From a virus (Duplodnaviria; Heunggongvirae; Uroviricota; Caudoviricetes), in IMG/VR virus record IMGVR_UViG_2731957818_000004: a stretch of DNA of 64,000 bases. The stretch is one strand, 5' to 3'. The position numbers and the translations under genes were made by a program. The notes beneath the pieces are model-generated. The model made no database searches and was not told the origin of the DNA. It saw only the letters and a program-made list of their open reading frames with translations. This document shows positions 16,267 through 24,994 of this stretch, in pieces (the first letter of the stretch is position 1; each line of letters opens with the position of its first letter).

Positions 16267-17950
16267 ATTTTACGCGTTTGAAAACGTATACGCTTACAGT
16301 GATTCCGGTGTCTTCAAACTCGTCAGTAAACGACTTCCCTTTGGCATAAACGTAATTATCCAGCGTCATCCAGTTCAGAACTGGCGCATCACCCGGCAGT
16401 ACTGCCACCAGTCGCCCGCCGACTTTCAGATGCTCCAGCGCGGCCAGCGTATGCTCTCTGTGACGGCCAAGAGAGTAGGGCGGGTTCATGACGATTTTGT
16501 CGAACTGATAGCCTGCGTTGTCCTCAGACCACTTCATGAAGTCGCAGCAGACCGTATTTGTGTACCCCTTACCAAGCAGGATATCAGCGAAGAGAGGTGC
16601 GACTTCTATGCAGGTAACGTCTTCCGGATTAGCGTCGATGCAGGCCAGCAGATCTCCACGCCCGGCTTCAGGCTCCAGCAGCTTCTCACCTGGCTTCAGC
16701 TCAATGGCTCTGGCAACGTACTCCGCTATCAAACGTGGGGTAGGGTAGAACTGGTGTGATTTTGTATCCGGTATTAAGCCGGTGGCCACAATCGTATTGA
16801 GCGTATGGCCGATCTCATACGGGAACTGCCAGTGCTTTTTCTCCTGTACGCCGCCAATGAAGTTCAGTGTGCGCTCAAGCTCTTCCACCTGCGACTTCTG
16901 GAGGTTGGAATCAGAAAAGTACCAGACGCCTTTGTCTTTGCTGAATCGCCCGTCGCGCAGCGCGGTACGAACCGGCTCGGAGATCGTCTTCTGGATTAAC
17001 CCGAACTCTTTTGGTGCCCGTGTTTTGGGTGCAGTACGGCATGGCGCCGGGATTGCTGCAGGCATACTGTAAGCCAGCACCTCATTCAGCTTCCAGGCCA
17101 CGTCAGGATGTATTTCAAAGTGAACGTTGCCGTTCTTGAACATCTTCACGCGCATCAGGTTTCCGTCGACATTCATCCAGTCACCGGTCTGGCAGTCGTT
17201 TGCCCGGTACGCAGCTGATAGCATCTCAGTTGTGCGGTTGATGGTGATGAACTCTTTGTGTGCGAAGAAATGAAGCATGACGCGCAGGTCGTCGATGTAG
17301 TCCTCTTTCCGGTAGTTCACGCTGACGCTGTCCCGCCAGAACTCGGAAATGCAGTTGGCGATGATCAGACGCTCGCTAAAGCCGTTCGTCTTATTGGTCT
17401 TGTGGGCAGGACTCAGCGCTTTAAACAAGCCATACACGCGCTCAGAGAGATATTTGTGCCTGTCATTCAACAGATTGAGCATCGTGGGGATGACCGTTTC
17501 TGCTTTGAACTCCGGCACACCAACGAACTCCTTAACCTTCATCTGGTAGCCGGTTCTGTCAGTCCTGATGGTCTCCTGCTTGCCCTCGATAAACTGCTCA
17601 CGCCACTCGTCGCGGCGGGAAGCTGGCATGATCAGCAGAACGTTTGTCATATCCGTGACCTTCTTCCAGTACTCGGCCCAGATATTCTGTTTCACCCATT
17701 CAAGGTCGACCTTGTCCAGCCAGGCTCTGTTAAAGCGTGTGCGCTCGTCATCCGGCCGGTGGTTGAGTCGCAGCAGGCGGTTAATCATGTTGTGGCGTTC
17801 GTCGCCATAAACGAAGTCGTGAACCTGATGCATGAATGCGATCTCTTTCTCGCACTCGGCCACAATTTCGTGGATGACGTTCATTTCCTGCCGGTAGTCG
17901 ATATCAGTGTTTGGGGTGATAGCGTCAATGATGGAAAGGGCTGTATTCAT
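16265..17950 (-). CDS. DNA methyltransferase (N6-adenine or N4-cytosine) with a large N-terminal domain of unknown function.
   Basis: Motif I LLEPEAGRGDL and motif IV IVMNPPYS near the C-terminus. Start moved to MNTALS; the track TTG start lies in the UTR. Confidence 0.6.
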   Translation of the reverse strand: MNTALSIIDAITPNTDIDYRQEMNVIHEIVAECEKEIAFMHQVHDFVYGDERHNMINRLLRLNHRPDDERTRFNRAWLDKVDLEWVKQNIWAEYWKKVTDMTNVLLIMPASRRDEWREQFIEGKQETIRTDRTGYQMKVKEFVGVPEFKAETVIPTMLNLLNDRHKYLSERVYGLFKALSPAHKTNKTNGFSERLIIANCISEFWRDSVSVNYRKEDYIDDLRVMLHFFAHKEFITINRTTEMLSAAYRANDCQTGDWMNVDGNLMRVKMFKNGNVHFEIHPDVAWKLNEVLAYSMPAAIPAPCRTAPKTRAPKEFGLIQKTISEPVRTALRDGRFSKDKGVWYFSDSNLQKSQVEELERTLNFIGGVQEKKHWQFPYEIGHTLNTIVATGLIPDTKSHQFYPTPRLIAEYVARAIELKPGEKLLEPEAGRGDLLACIDANPEDVTCIEVAPLFADILLGKGYTNTVCCDFMKWSEDNAGYQFDKIVMNPPYSLGRHREHTLAALEHLKVGGRLVAVLPGDAPVLNWMTLDNYVYAKGKSFTDEFEDTGITVSVYVFKRVK

Positions 17951-17962
17951 GATTGCACCATT

Positions 17963-17977
17963 AAACAAATTGTTTTC
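17963..17977. promoter_or_regulatory. Class A palindrome, leader of the large methyltransferase gene.
   Basis: aaacaaattgttttc. Confidence 0.55.
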
Positions 17978-18091
17978 TTGTTGGTGTTATTTTCCCAAAG
18001 TTGAAAAGGCGTAAAAGCAGCATTCACAGGCGTTTCAGCTGATTTAAGGCGTAAAAAAGGGGGCTTTCGCCCCCTGTCGGCAGGTGAGATA

Positions 18092-18664
18092 TTAGTGGTG
18101 TACGTGCTGCGTTTTGTGCGGCTGTTTGTTCAGGTCGTGGCGATGGGTCAGCTCGCGCATCATGTCTTCAAGACGGCTCTTGGTGTCGTCAAGCTGGTCG
18201 GCCATTGCCCCCAGCAGATGGCGAACGGCTATCGGATCGTCGCTGTTCAGCTCAGGCATTTTGAACCCAGCCTGGGAAGACATCAGTTTGAAGGCGGCCA
18301 GCAACATCGCCAGAGAAGACTTCAGCCCGGCGATTTCACGATCTTTGCTGGCGTTGGTTTCATCTGCCTTGACTGAATCCGGTGAGCACTTCGGCTTGCT
18401 TACCATTTCCAGAGTTGCCTGAAGTTTGTCGGCGCGTTCTTTCTCTTCCAGATACGCTTCGCCGAAATGACGCGCCAGCATCACAATTTCAATCGGATCA
18501 TCAATCATGCTTGAGAACTTGAGAACGCTGAAAAGGCGGTCGATAGGGGAGGCGTCGTCTTCGTGACCAACCACAAGACCCATGATCTCAACCAGTTCGG
18601 CCGCACCAACTTTTTTAATCACGTTTTCAACTTTGGCATTAGTTTTTTTGCATTTTTCGCACAT
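18092..18664 (-). CDS. Hypothetical protein with a Cys-rich N-terminus (MCEKCKK). Start moved.
   Basis: AAGGA RBS before the ATG at 18664. Class A palindrome at 18685-18700. Confidence 0.45.
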   Translation of the reverse strand: MCEKCKKTNAKVENVIKKVGAAELVEIMGLVVGHEDDASPIDRLFSVLKFSSMIDDPIEIVMLARHFGEAYLEEKERADKLQATLEMVSKPKCSPDSVKADETNASKDREIAGLKSSLAMLLAAFKLMSSQAGFKMPELNSDDPIAVRHLLGAMADQLDDTKSRLEDMMRELTHRHDLNKQPHKTQHVHH

Positions 18665-18684
18665 GTGTTTTTTCCTTATGTTTT

Positions 18685-18700
18685 TAAACAAGTTGTTTTC
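18685..18700. promoter_or_regulatory. Class A palindrome, leader of 18092..18664.
   Basis: aaacaagttgttttc. Confidence 0.55.
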
Positions 18701-18772
18701 TCGATGGCGTTATTGTGGCGTGACTGAAAAGGTGGGCAAACGCTACGTAAAGGCGGACGCCAACACTGACGG

Positions 18773-19615
18773 TTAATGAAGACATTTGGATTCCTTCATT
18801 TCACGTTCGACATGCTCACGACACGGCTCATACTCAATGGCGCTGGCGATAATTTTCCCGGCAGCAATTAGCTTCACGGCAGCAAAGCAAAGTCCTTTAA
18901 AGGTGAACTTGGCCTGGTTGCGTCCGTTTCCGATGACAACGTTTTTGCCATATCCGCGGTCAATGAAGATCTTGAGGAACTGGCGGTTAACAGTGGTGTA
19001 TTTGCGCTTAACGTACACATCACCCAGCGAGTCCATCAGCGCACCCAGAACAGCCCCGGACGTTCCGAGAATGCGACCAGCTTCATTCAGCCCATAAAGC
19101 TCATCAGCAGTGCCGCAAATGGTGTCCATGAGAATGGCTTTTGGCCTTGCCACCGACAGCTTGCGCTCAAGATCAGCACGCTGTTCTTCAAGATCGGCTG
19201 CCAGTCGAAGTGCTTCTGAAAAGGTTTCCGGGATGCTGGGGTAGGCACCGTAAAGCGCCCCGCTTGAAACACTCATTTCCAGCTCATGCCAGCGCTCAAT
19301 GACAGCAGCGCGGTACTTCAACGAGTAGCCGGTAATGAGAACATCGGTATGCTTTCGGTCGAGCATGTACTCGCCTTCCATTCCCCGGTAATCGATGTTG
19401 ACAACAATGCCTTCAACAATTGTAAGTAACTGATTTTTCTCATAACGCAATTTTGCGTTATGGTAATCGTCGGCATACAGCTCATTCAGCACGCTACGGA
19501 TGTCGCGAAGAATGTCACTGTGTCGTTTACCGGTCAGCTTTGAGATTTCTTTTGAGGACATCAATGGTCTGTCCGGGAGCACACCGGGAATCGATAAAGT
19601 AGTCATCTCAAACAT
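18773..19615 (-). CDS. rha: Rha-family phage regulatory protein with a KilA-C/ANT C-terminal domain (antirepressor-like).
   Basis: N-terminal SKEISKLTGKRHSDILRDIRSV matches Rha, and the C-terminal region resembles a KilAC domain. GGAG RBS. Confidence 0.6.
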   Translation of the reverse strand: MFEMTTLSIPGVLPDRPLMSSKEISKLTGKRHSDILRDIRSVLNELYADDYHNAKLRYEKNQLLTIVEGIVVNIDYRGMEGEYMLDRKHTDVLITGYSLKYRAAVIERWHELEMSVSSGALYGAYPSIPETFSEALRLAADLEEQRADLERKLSVARPKAILMDTICGTADELYGLNEAGRILGTSGAVLGALMDSLGDVYVKRKYTTVNRQFLKIFIDRGYGKNVVIGNGRNQAKFTFKGLCFAAVKLIAAGKIIASAIEYEPCREHVEREMKESKCLH

Positions 19616-19633
19616 ACATTCTCCATTCAGTGT

Positions 19634-19698
19634 AAAAAGGGCCGTCAGTGGCCCTTGTTGTTAACTCTCATTGGTTAATTGGCTAAACAATTTGTTTT
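19634..19698 (-). promoter_or_regulatory. rha leader: class A palindrome (19685-19698) followed by a terminator-like hairpin GGGCC-ACTGAC-GGCCC plus T-run (19634-19656), then the RBS.
   Basis: Seen directly. Candidate attenuator. Confidence 0.5.
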
Positions 19699-19723
19699 AA
19701 CAGTGCCGAAAATGGATTCGGCA

Positions 19724-19912
19724 TCAAAAGAACCCGAGAATGCTGCCCACCGGAACAACGAAAATTCCCACGACACGCGCAAGTGTCATTCCGGCATCAA
19801 ACTGAAGATCGCCACCGTTCACGAGTTTCACCAGATTCATGATCCAGCCACCAAGCAGAAAAATGGCGAGGCCAACAATCATCGCGGTGACTTTCTGGAA
19901 GCTCCATTTCAT
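19724..19912 (-). CDS. Small membrane protein.
   Basis: Two hydrophobic segments in 62 aa. Confidence 0.35.
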   Translation of the reverse strand: MKWSFQKVTAMIVGLAIFLLGGWIMNLVKLVNGGDLQFDAGMTLARVVGIFVVPVGSILGFF

Positions 19913-19921
19913 GCAATAGCC

Positions 19922-20416
19922 TCAGTCACAGTAGAAGGAAGATCCGGAGTTGCAGGTCGAGCTGGAATCGTGTCCAGCAGCATCCCATCCAGAGAGACAG
20001 GAGGTCGTTCTGGCAGGGGCGTCGTCTGCAAGGTTGTGGTGGAAGTAGTTGTGTCCGGTATCAACAGACTCTGACCGGCTGGCACGGCTACCGCTGCCAG
20101 GGTTGCTAAAATTACTCCGTAGGCCATTGGCTTGAGTCGATTTCGTTGAAAATTTTCCATGAGAACTGTCCTTGTGTGCCTGGGATTCACGCAACACACG
20201 AGAGGCGACGGAATCACGCACCTTCTCCATGCCTACTGTCGCGCCCAGATTTGCTATGGCGGTAGCTTGCGCATCAATGCGCTTCTCCAGCTCAAACACT
20301 CGTTCTTCCAGTTCCGCAAGGCGTGCAGAAACACGGCCGCTAAACAGCTCGGCCAGAACCAGGCGAATTGAACGGGGACGTTTATTGAAAGAAGTGAAAG
20401 GCGTTTGACGTGCCAT
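19922..20416 (-). CDS. Hypothetical protein.
   Basis: Class B palindrome upstream at 20545-20566. Confidence 0.45.
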   Translation of the reverse strand: MARQTPFTSFNKRPRSIRLVLAELFSGRVSARLAELEERVFELEKRIDAQATAIANLGATVGMEKVRDSVASRVLRESQAHKDSSHGKFSTKSTQANGLRSNFSNPGSGSRASRSESVDTGHNYFHHNLADDAPARTTSCLSGWDAAGHDSSSTCNSGSSFYCD

Positions 20417-20544
20417 TTGGATTCCACTCAGTGTCAGAAAGAGTTGCGGCTGGACAAGCCAGCCGCCTTTTGGCGTTCCATCCTGGAACAGTACCTAACC
20501 GGTACTTCGTCATCCTGACGAACGGTAAGATACCTGATTTAAAA

Positions 20545-20566
20545 TGATAGGTAAATACTTACTTAT
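20545..20566. promoter_or_regulatory. Class B palindrome GATAGGTAAATACTTACTTATC.
   Basis: Upstream of 19922..20416. Confidence 0.55.
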
Positions 20567-21167
20567 CGTTTTGTGACAAAAATCCAATGTCACGCTTGTG
20601 AGGCATATCAGCTGCGGAGTAGGCGGCGATCTTCGCCAGGCGGTCACACATTTCGTTCTCGCGATGACCGGCATGACCTTTAACCCACTTCCAGCGGACA
20701 TTGTGACGGCTGGCGGCCGCATCGAGACGTTTCCAGAGATCGACGTTTTTGACTGGCTTCTTCTCAGACGTGATCCATCCGTTACGCTTCCAGCCTTTCA
20801 TCCAGAGCGTCATGCCGTTTTTAAGATACTGGCTGTCGGAATGCAGGATCACGTTGCAGGGGTACTTCAGACGCTCCAGCGCAATCAGGGCGCCCATCAT
20901 CTCCATCCGATTGTTGGTCGTGCTGTGGAAACCCTCAGAAAGCTCGCGCTCTTCGCCTCGATACTGGAGAACGATGCCGTAACCGCCCGGTCCGCCCGGA
21001 TTTTTGAGGCAAGAGCCATCACTGAATACTTTTACGGTTTTGAGCTGGGGATTGAACTCGACTACGGGGGTTTTGAAGTTGGTACGGGATTGCTGGTGGG
21101 TTTGGTATCTGGCTTTGGACTTCGTGCGGCAGCCAGTATGTTGCCGGGCTGGGGTCTTGGTCGTCAT
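20559..21167 (-). CDS. rnhA: Ribonuclease HI.
   Basis: [17 protein letters not shown]...TNNRMEMM...LHSDSQY...[16 protein letters not shown] pattern of RNase H1. Confidence 0.85.
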   Translation of the reverse strand: MTTKTPARQHTGCRTKSKARYQTHQQSRTNFKTPVVEFNPQLKTVKVFSDGSCLKNPGGPGGYGIVLQYRGEERELSEGFHSTTNNRMEMMGALIALERLKYPCNVILHSDSQYLKNGMTLWMKGWKRNGWITSEKKPVKNVDLWKRLDAAASRHNVRWKWVKGHAGHRENEMCDRLAKIAAYSAADMPHKRDIGFLSQNDK

Positions 21168-21745
21168 TTTGGCTCCAGAATCGCGCGCCGCGACGATTTT
21201 TTTCCCTCGCGCGTGTGCGCACGCGTGCGTGTAAATATTAAAAATTTTTTAGAAAATAAAACTTACTTCCCAGAACAGGTTTTAATAAAACCTGAACTGA
21301 ACGAACGAAGTGAGTGAAGTTCACCTCGAACGAAGTGAGAGGTTGTCTTTTCAGGTAATACTTTCCCAGGGAGGTGAGTACAAAATTTCCTCACCAACCT
21401 GGTCGTTACATAACCTGAAAAGTTATGACCTAAGTCTACTGCCAGCTTAGGCTTGGGAAGTTATGGATGACAGCACCCCAGAACCGAGATCTTCCCACAC
21501 TTTATGAAGGGGAGTACTGGATTCAACCTCTCGAAACACTCCAGACTCGACAATCATAAAGTGACCCTTCTCTCTGCTCACTTTGGTTCCCCCTTCCCCA
21601 ACCCCTAAACGGTGCCGGTTCTACGCTGGTAGTGAGCTTTTTTAAACCTGACGCCAGTGACGCTATCCCCCACCCATCAGGTCGAGCTGCCGGAATCAAT
21701 CCGGAAAGCGGGTATATTTTATCACTGGCGATCTGCGTTTTAAAT

Positions 21746-21759
21746 GGTAAGTACTTACC
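21746..21759. promoter_or_regulatory. Class B core GGTAAGTACTTACC, a perfect 14-bp palindrome, at the head of a 580-bp non-coding leader before rnhA.
   Basis: Seen directly. Confidence 0.5.
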
Positions 21760-21761
21760 GA

Positions 21762-21992
21762 TTATTTCGATTGATTATTTTCTCGCCCATGAAGCTGGAC
21801 GTTCAGGGCAAACACCTCATTGATGAGTTCCCCTAACAGCTGCTCCACCAGCTCTTTGTGCTCGCCTGAATGAAGACATTTGAGCGACCATTCGTAGAGA
21901 CTGAAAGCCTTATCGCGATCTTTCATCATGTCGCGCACTTTGGCCAGAAAATCGCTCTCAACGAGCGCTACGACGTTCGTCGGGTATACCAT
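21762..21992 (-). CDS. Small hypothetical protein.
   Basis: 76-aa ORF. Confidence 0.35.
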   Translation of the reverse strand: MVYPTNVVALVESDFLAKVRDMMKDRDKAFSLYEWSLKCLHSGEHKELVEQLLGELINEVFALNVQLHGRENNQSK

Positions 21993-22110
21993 GATAGTTT
22001 TCCTTACTGTGGTTCATAAAATCGATTCTAGAGCGTCTGAAGAGGGGTTCCAGTGGGTTCTGGAGGTGTAAAACGGTCAGGGAGTTGTTTGGACATCACG
22101 TCTTAAAAAG

Positions 22111-22167
22111 CCTGCGTCTGTATATATTAATAATTAGTACTTAGTTATTTATATATACAGACGCAGG
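22111..22167 (-). terminator. Very long hairpin with a 17-bp perfect stem (CCTGCGTCTGTATATAT ... ATATATACAGACGCAGG), a 23-nt loop and a T-run on the minus strand. It is the terminator after the dam-like gene.
   Basis: Seen directly. Confidence 0.6.
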
Positions 22168-22194
22168 TTCTCAAACTAACTCCCAGACTGGTGT

Positions 22195-22788
22195 TTACGC
22201 TGCCTTTTTACGTGGTCTCTTCTTCCTGACAACATTGGCAGGATCATAACCACCCAGCTTTTTCATCACCGCCAGCGGTATCTTGTTGATGGTGTGCCCA
22301 GATTCCTGACAGTAGCCACGGAAGATAAGCAACATGCTGCCACCAGGGTTGATGTTCACCTCCACCAGCCCAAGTTCAACATCTGGCTCAACGAACGCCA
22401 CGCGGCCGCCAGACAAGATGACGGTTTCGTTGGCGCATTCAGCCGCACGCTCGTACCACTGCGTATCGAGGGATTGTGGTATCAGCATGACCGTCGTCAC
22501 TCCACGCGCCTGCTCGCGGATGGCTGCGTCTATCCAGGGGGTGATTTTGGAGTAGGGCGGGTTAAGGAACGCCACAGTGCCAGGTTCTCCCCAGCTGCAC
22601 TTGAGCGCATCACGCTCAACACCGATAAAGTTCGGCAGGAGGGCATTATCTTTGTTGCAGGCGACGTCCACATCGAACTTTGCGCCTATGTAACGTTGGA
22701 TGGCGACAAACAACCACTGCGGTGTGCGCCAAAGGTCGCGAAGAGAGGCATCACGCTCTCGCTTTTTGATTTTTTCGGCTGCGATCAT
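22195..22788 (-). CDS. dam: Phage-type N6-adenine DNA methyltransferase (Dam-like).
   Basis: NPPYS motif plus the surrounding pattern of the phage N6A-methylase family. Confidence 0.7.
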   Translation of the reverse strand: MIAAEKIKKRERDASLRDLWRTPQWLFVAIQRYIGAKFDVDVACNKDNALLPNFIGVERDALKCSWGEPGTVAFLNPPYSKITPWIDAAIREQARGVTTVMLIPQSLDTQWYERAAECANETVILSGGRVAFVEPDVELGLVEVNINPGGSMLLIFRGYCQESGHTINKIPLAVMKKLGGYDPANVVRKKRPRKKAA

Positions 22789-22799
22789 TACTTTGCTCT

Positions 22800-22820
22800 G
22801 ATAGGTAATTACTTACCTAT
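22800..22820. promoter_or_regulatory. Class B palindrome GATAGGTAATTACTTACCTAT.
   Basis: Immediately upstream of the dam-like gene. Confidence 0.55.
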
Positions 22821-22973
22821 TTTTTCATTTAATCCAACGGATAGCAAACAAAGAAGAACGCGCCAGATTCGCAAACGGGAAGCTCTCTGGCGCGTTTTAT
22901 CGATGCTGGGTATGCAATTAGCTTACCCAGCGTCCTAAAGCTGTCAGGGGGCTTTAGATCGGGTAGGGGAACA

Positions 22974-23816
22974 TCATCCAATGGAATACTCCGCTATGAA
23001 TTTTTTGACGATCGGCGACTCTTTATTAAGGGTTAGATTTCCACCTTCCCTGGTGGCAATGCCAGTAGCTGGAAACACAGCCATCATCTGGCCAGCCTGA
23101 GTCGAAGCGGTGTTGAGCGGATATGGTTTCTCCGGGTTGCTCATTAGCGCCAGTTTAATGCTATTGCTGGTCGCCGTGTTCGCGTCAAGGATATGGCGCA
23201 TTGCGATTACCGTGTAGACGCTGATTTCCGGCCCACCACTAAACCAGTTCAAAAGGTTTAAGATCTTGTCTTTCGCTTTGACTGGCGCCCCTTCGAATGC
23301 GGCAGTAAAGCTCTCACTTTCCAGACCGGCTGTCGCATAGAACGATTCGTCCTTACCTTCCAGCGTGAAGCGAGGTTTGGCCGGGGTACGCTCTGATTTT
23401 GCCTTCTGGCGTTTTGGCTGCTCTTCTTCAGGTTTAGGCTCTGACGCCACTGAAGGTAAAGGGGTTGGATCTGTACCGGTAGTCTCAGTACTTCGAGCGT
23501 CAAATTCAGGCGCTGTCTCGTTCACTATCTCCGCAACAAGGTCACGCTCTGGTTCCTCGACCTTCACCGATTCGTGCTCAATCTCAAGCTCTTCCAGAAC
23601 GCTACTCAGATCGCCGGTAGAGCTGGCATTCATGACTTCATCCGCCACCGCCTCGACTGGTTTTGCGATTGCATCATCCAGACCAGAGAGAAGATCGTCG
23701 ATCTCGTCGACACCGCTCATTTTCGCAGCTTTCTGCACTGGTTCGTCGAGAGATTGCAACATTGCAGTCAGTTCGTCCAGGTCATCGTTTTTAACAGTGT
23801 TTGTAACTGCGCTCAT
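22974..23816 (-). CDS. Hypothetical acidic protein. Start moved to MSAVTN.
   Basis: AAGGAG RBS 7 nt upstream of the ATG at 23816. Confidence 0.45.
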   Translation of the reverse strand: MSAVTNTVKNDDLDELTAMLQSLDEPVQKAAKMSGVDEIDDLLSGLDDAIAKPVEAVADEVMNASSTGDLSSVLEELEIEHESVKVEEPERDLVAEIVNETAPEFDARSTETTGTDPTPLPSVASEPKPEEEQPKRQKAKSERTPAKPRFTLEGKDESFYATAGLESESFTAAFEGAPVKAKDKILNLLNWFSGGPEISVYTVIAMRHILDANTATSNSIKLALMSNPEKPYPLNTASTQAGQMMAVFPATGIATREGGNLTLNKESPIVKKFIAEYSIG

Positions 23817-23944
23817 TTTTAACTCCTTATGTTTTCGTTGGTGCGTTTCCGCGTTTTGGTTGAGCGTATTCTGGCAAAACCTATCAGGCGGAAAAGTCAT
23901 AATTACAGGCAGTTAGAAGAACTGAAGGCAAAGAAAAAGCGCCA

Positions 23945-24502
23945 TCAGGCGCTTTCGAATGGGAGTTTGAAGAAGCCGTATTTCTCTCGGGCTTTGAAGA
24001 AACACTGCATCATCAGGTCAGTATCGTAGAGAGCGCTGTGGGCCTTCTCACGGTCGTAAGTGAACCCAAGTGAGAACGCCAGCTCTTCCAGGCGTGGGCG
24101 CTTCCCATCCTCGGTAGCCCACAAGCCATCCAGCATGGAGTCAACCAGAGGGATATCTGGCAATTTCACCCCATAGCTACCGAACTCGTGGCGAATGAAC
24201 GGAAGGTCAAAAGCCTCTCCGTTATGGGCGACTAACGCGCTACATGCGCCCATGTACGCAGCAATCTTGCCTGCGTGGTCAGCCAGTAGCGGTTCCGTCG
24301 CCAGATCTTCCAGTGAAATGCCATGCACTGCCTGCGCCTTCGGATCGATACTGCGACGCGGGTTGAAGCGCATCTCAAGGCTGTCGATGTGCTTCTGGGT
24401 TTCCAGTTCATAACGGGTTATCGCGATTTCGATAATTTTGTGGCCGGATGTGAAGTCCAGCCCTGTGGACTCAATATCGACGCCACCGACAATCGTGGTC
24501 AT
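23945..24502 (-). CDS. DnaQ-like 3'-5' exonuclease (DEDDh).
   Basis: ExoI DIESTGL, ExoII HNGEAFDLPF, ExoIII HSALYDTD. Confidence 0.75.
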   Translation of the reverse strand: MTTIVGGVDIESTGLDFTSGHKIIEIAITRYELETQKHIDSLEMRFNPRRSIDPKAQAVHGISLEDLATEPLLADHAGKIAAYMGACSALVAHNGEAFDLPFIRHEFGSYGVKLPDIPLVDSMLDGLWATEDGKRPRLEELAFSLGFTYDREKAHSALYDTDLMMQCFFKAREKYGFFKLPFESA

Positions 24503-24511
24503 TGGTACTCC

Positions 24512-24931
24512 TTACAGCTTCTTCGCGCCTTTCAGCAGTGCGCCACGCACAAACTGAGCAGCCTTTTTCAGTGCGTCCTCGCCACTTTCGCAGACGACCG
24601 GCTCGCGCCATTCGCCCGTTGATGTGTTGAGGATCTGGATTTGATTGGTCTCCAGGCAAACGGATACGAACAGAACCGTACCGCCTGAGAGTTTGAGGTG
24701 CATAGGAAACAGAGGGCGCTTGGTGCCGCTATTGAACTGCGACATCGCCACATTGATGGCTTCGCCAACCTCTTCCCCAACAAGCCCTTGAACGGACTCA
24801 AACACTGCGCGGATAGCCAGACGTGCTTCACGTTCACTCATCAAAGAGCGGGATTGTTCGTCAGCAATGCGGATCAGTGCTTCAATCGCTTTACGATCTA
24901 ATTCATCCGAGAGGGGAAGTTCGTCTATCAT
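24512..24931 (-). CDS. Hypothetical protein.
   Basis: ORF packed within the operon. Confidence 0.4.
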   Translation of the reverse strand: MIDELPLSDELDRKAIEALIRIADEQSRSLMSEREARLAIRAVFESVQGLVGEEVGEAINVAMSQFNSGTKRPLFPMHLKLSGGTVLFVSVCLETNQIQILNTSTGEWREPVVCESGEDALKKAAQFVRGALLKGAKKL

Positions 24932-24994
24932 TCTGTTTTTCCTCGATTCATTTCGCGTGTCTTATTGTCACACTGCCCAACAGGGGAGCAACAT

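Noticed and set aside
7683-18691. N-terminal extensions of many ORF-track proteins (for example MPYPHCDNYTNKKTRCLRMEDMHM..., MLTYDNNIIRSTTGRPK..., MFKELIMF..., MWPLTICFLPFLICENNHIQ..., MINYAHQKTNCFNNKEIL...).
   Set aside because: These peptides are translations of the conserved class A/B leader DNA starting at TTG or GTG. Downstream ATGs with AGGAGG-type RBS were preferred.
21480-21600. Second tRNA or tmRNA-like element in the rnhA leader (GGTTGAATCC T-loop-like segment).
   Set aside because: No acceptor/D-arm/anticodon cloverleaf could be assembled around it. It is treated as part of a structured leader only.
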